DNA from: Tubulanus polymorphus | Taxonomy: Eukaryota > Animalia > Nemertea | Assembly: GCF_964204645.1 (NCBI RefSeq) | Contig: NC_134036.1 | Span: 10,023,859 to 10,087,858 of the forward strand | DNA length: 64,000 nt | Reading direction: 5' to 3' | Part shown: in pieces, positions 62,999 through 64,000 of the stretch | Layout of the letters: each line of letters starts with the position of its first letter | How positions within the stretch are numbered: position 1 is the stretch's first letter | Notes under the pieces: model-generated | The model's input: only the letters and a program-made list of their open reading frames with translations | Told to the model about the DNA's origin: nothing | Databases searched by the model: none | Position numbers and translations under genes: made by a program

Positions 62999-64000
62999 TC
63001 AATATCCGTACGGAAGCGTGTTATACCGATCTGCGGGGTCGAAAGCTCGTTTAGTATAAACCGCGCGATATATTTTTCGTTCGTCTCTATTGTAAATAGA
63101 ACAGTCCTTGATCTTTCTATTAATTTTGTCAGGGTTTAATATGTAAAGATGGTCGTACTTTTCTTCGACAATTATATCTACCATGGAACCAAAGTTTACA
63201 ATTTGTTTGTTTCGAAAATTCAAATTGATCCCTTTAACTTTACATTCCGTTGAAAATGTATTATCTCTAGGACTGAATACCCGATATGCATAATTTTTGG
63301 GTCCAGCCGAAACAAATTCTGAAATAAACGACCCCTCCCCGTATTTATCGACCAATTCATCGGTCATATCACCCAAAAAATTCCCGGTCGGCGGATCCCA
63401 TTCACCAGGTTTCACGCTATAAATAATGGAGTCGGTATCCGTGTATAGGGTTCGTTCCCCTAATTTCTCCATATAACTATAGAGAATAAGCCGCGCATGA
63501 GCCGTTGTGAAAGCTGCTAAAGCGACGCTGGTTTTGTTTGTCGATTCGACAAATTCTGCGCGTTTTTTGTAATGCACTCTTAGCACCTCGTCATTACACA
63601 ACAACAAATCGCTTATCTCTAAAGTTTCATCCAAAAGCATTCTATATAATTCCCCGGGGTCCAAAATATATTTAGCCGTCGTCTTATTTTCGTTTTGACC
63701 GAGTTTACCCCACATCGAATTTAAGCATAATTTCGTGACTGTTCGCATCCCCTTGGCTTTCTTAATCTTATCTTCTTCGAGTTGGATACCCTCTCTTTCT
63801 AAATAATCGGAAATGAATTTATCCTTCTCGTCGCGCGACATATCTTTACACGGCCAACCACTGGCTTCGGTTTTAACTTTGAGGAATTTTCCTATATAAT
63901 CCTCGAATAAACCCGTTTCATTAGTTTCCCAATTCCAAATTTCATATATATCTAATATCTTATAACCAAGTGTCACTGCTTTTTGTACCTCTAAAGTTAC
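62999..64000 (-). CDS. pPolB C-terminal part from a different Polinton/adintovirus lineage; no intein
   Basis: KLCLNSMWGK, LYTDTDS, SAGPKNYAY, KVKGI and TLPYGY*; followed by a G-rich TAGATGGCGC-containing TIR-like region (62505-62860). Confidence 0.9.
   Translation of the reverse strand, partial: VTLEVQKAVTLGYKILDIYEIWNWETNETGLFEDYIGKFLKVKTEASGWPCKDMSRDEKDKFISDYLEREGIQLEEDKIKKAKGMRTVTKLCLNSMWGKLGQNENKTTAKYILDPGELYRMLLDETLEISDLLLCNDEVLRVHYKKRAEFVESTNKTSVALAAFTTAHARLILYSYMEKLGERTLYTDTDSIIYSVKPGEWDPPTGNFLGDMTDELVDKYGEGSFISEFVSAGPKNYAYRVFSPRDNTFSTECKVKGINLNFRNKQIVNFGSMVDIIVEEKYDHLYILNPDKINRKIKDCSIYNRDERKIYRAVYTKRAFDPADRYNTLPYGY

Overview
This is AT-rich eukaryotic DNA, probably from a marine invertebrate, made up mostly of nested mobile elements around one intact host gene (an intronless class A GPCR, 26482-27429). 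Polinton/Maverick (adintovirus-like) DNA dominates, in at least six pieces. The largest (1-19696, minus strand) carries a penton-like gene, small membrane proteins, a poxvirus VLTF3-like factor and a protein-primed DNA polymerase B (pPolB). That pPolB gene is split by a CAC-ended RAG1/Transib/Chapaev-like transposon (9713-17625, 4-bp TSD, PHD-like finger inside the transposase) and by a Helentron-type HINE (5167-8165). Rejoining the pieces reveals a LAGLIDADG intein in the catalytic YFD|TDS motif (4104-5151), resembling giant-virus PolB inteins. Other notable signals: a T-run/TAAATG (poxvirus-late-like) motif before most genes of this Polinton; self-complementary foldback termini whose arms co-vary; a 722-aa Rep_trans-like rolling-circle initiator ORF sharing the Polinton promoter motif; and giant-virus-type HNH genes. 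The rest includes a spliced chromodomain gene beside a second RAG1-like transposase, a KDZ/HMGXB3-like relic, MULE, Harbinger, LTR and Penelope (with hammerhead) relics, and tandem repeats. All family calls come from reading motifs by eye; no searches were run.
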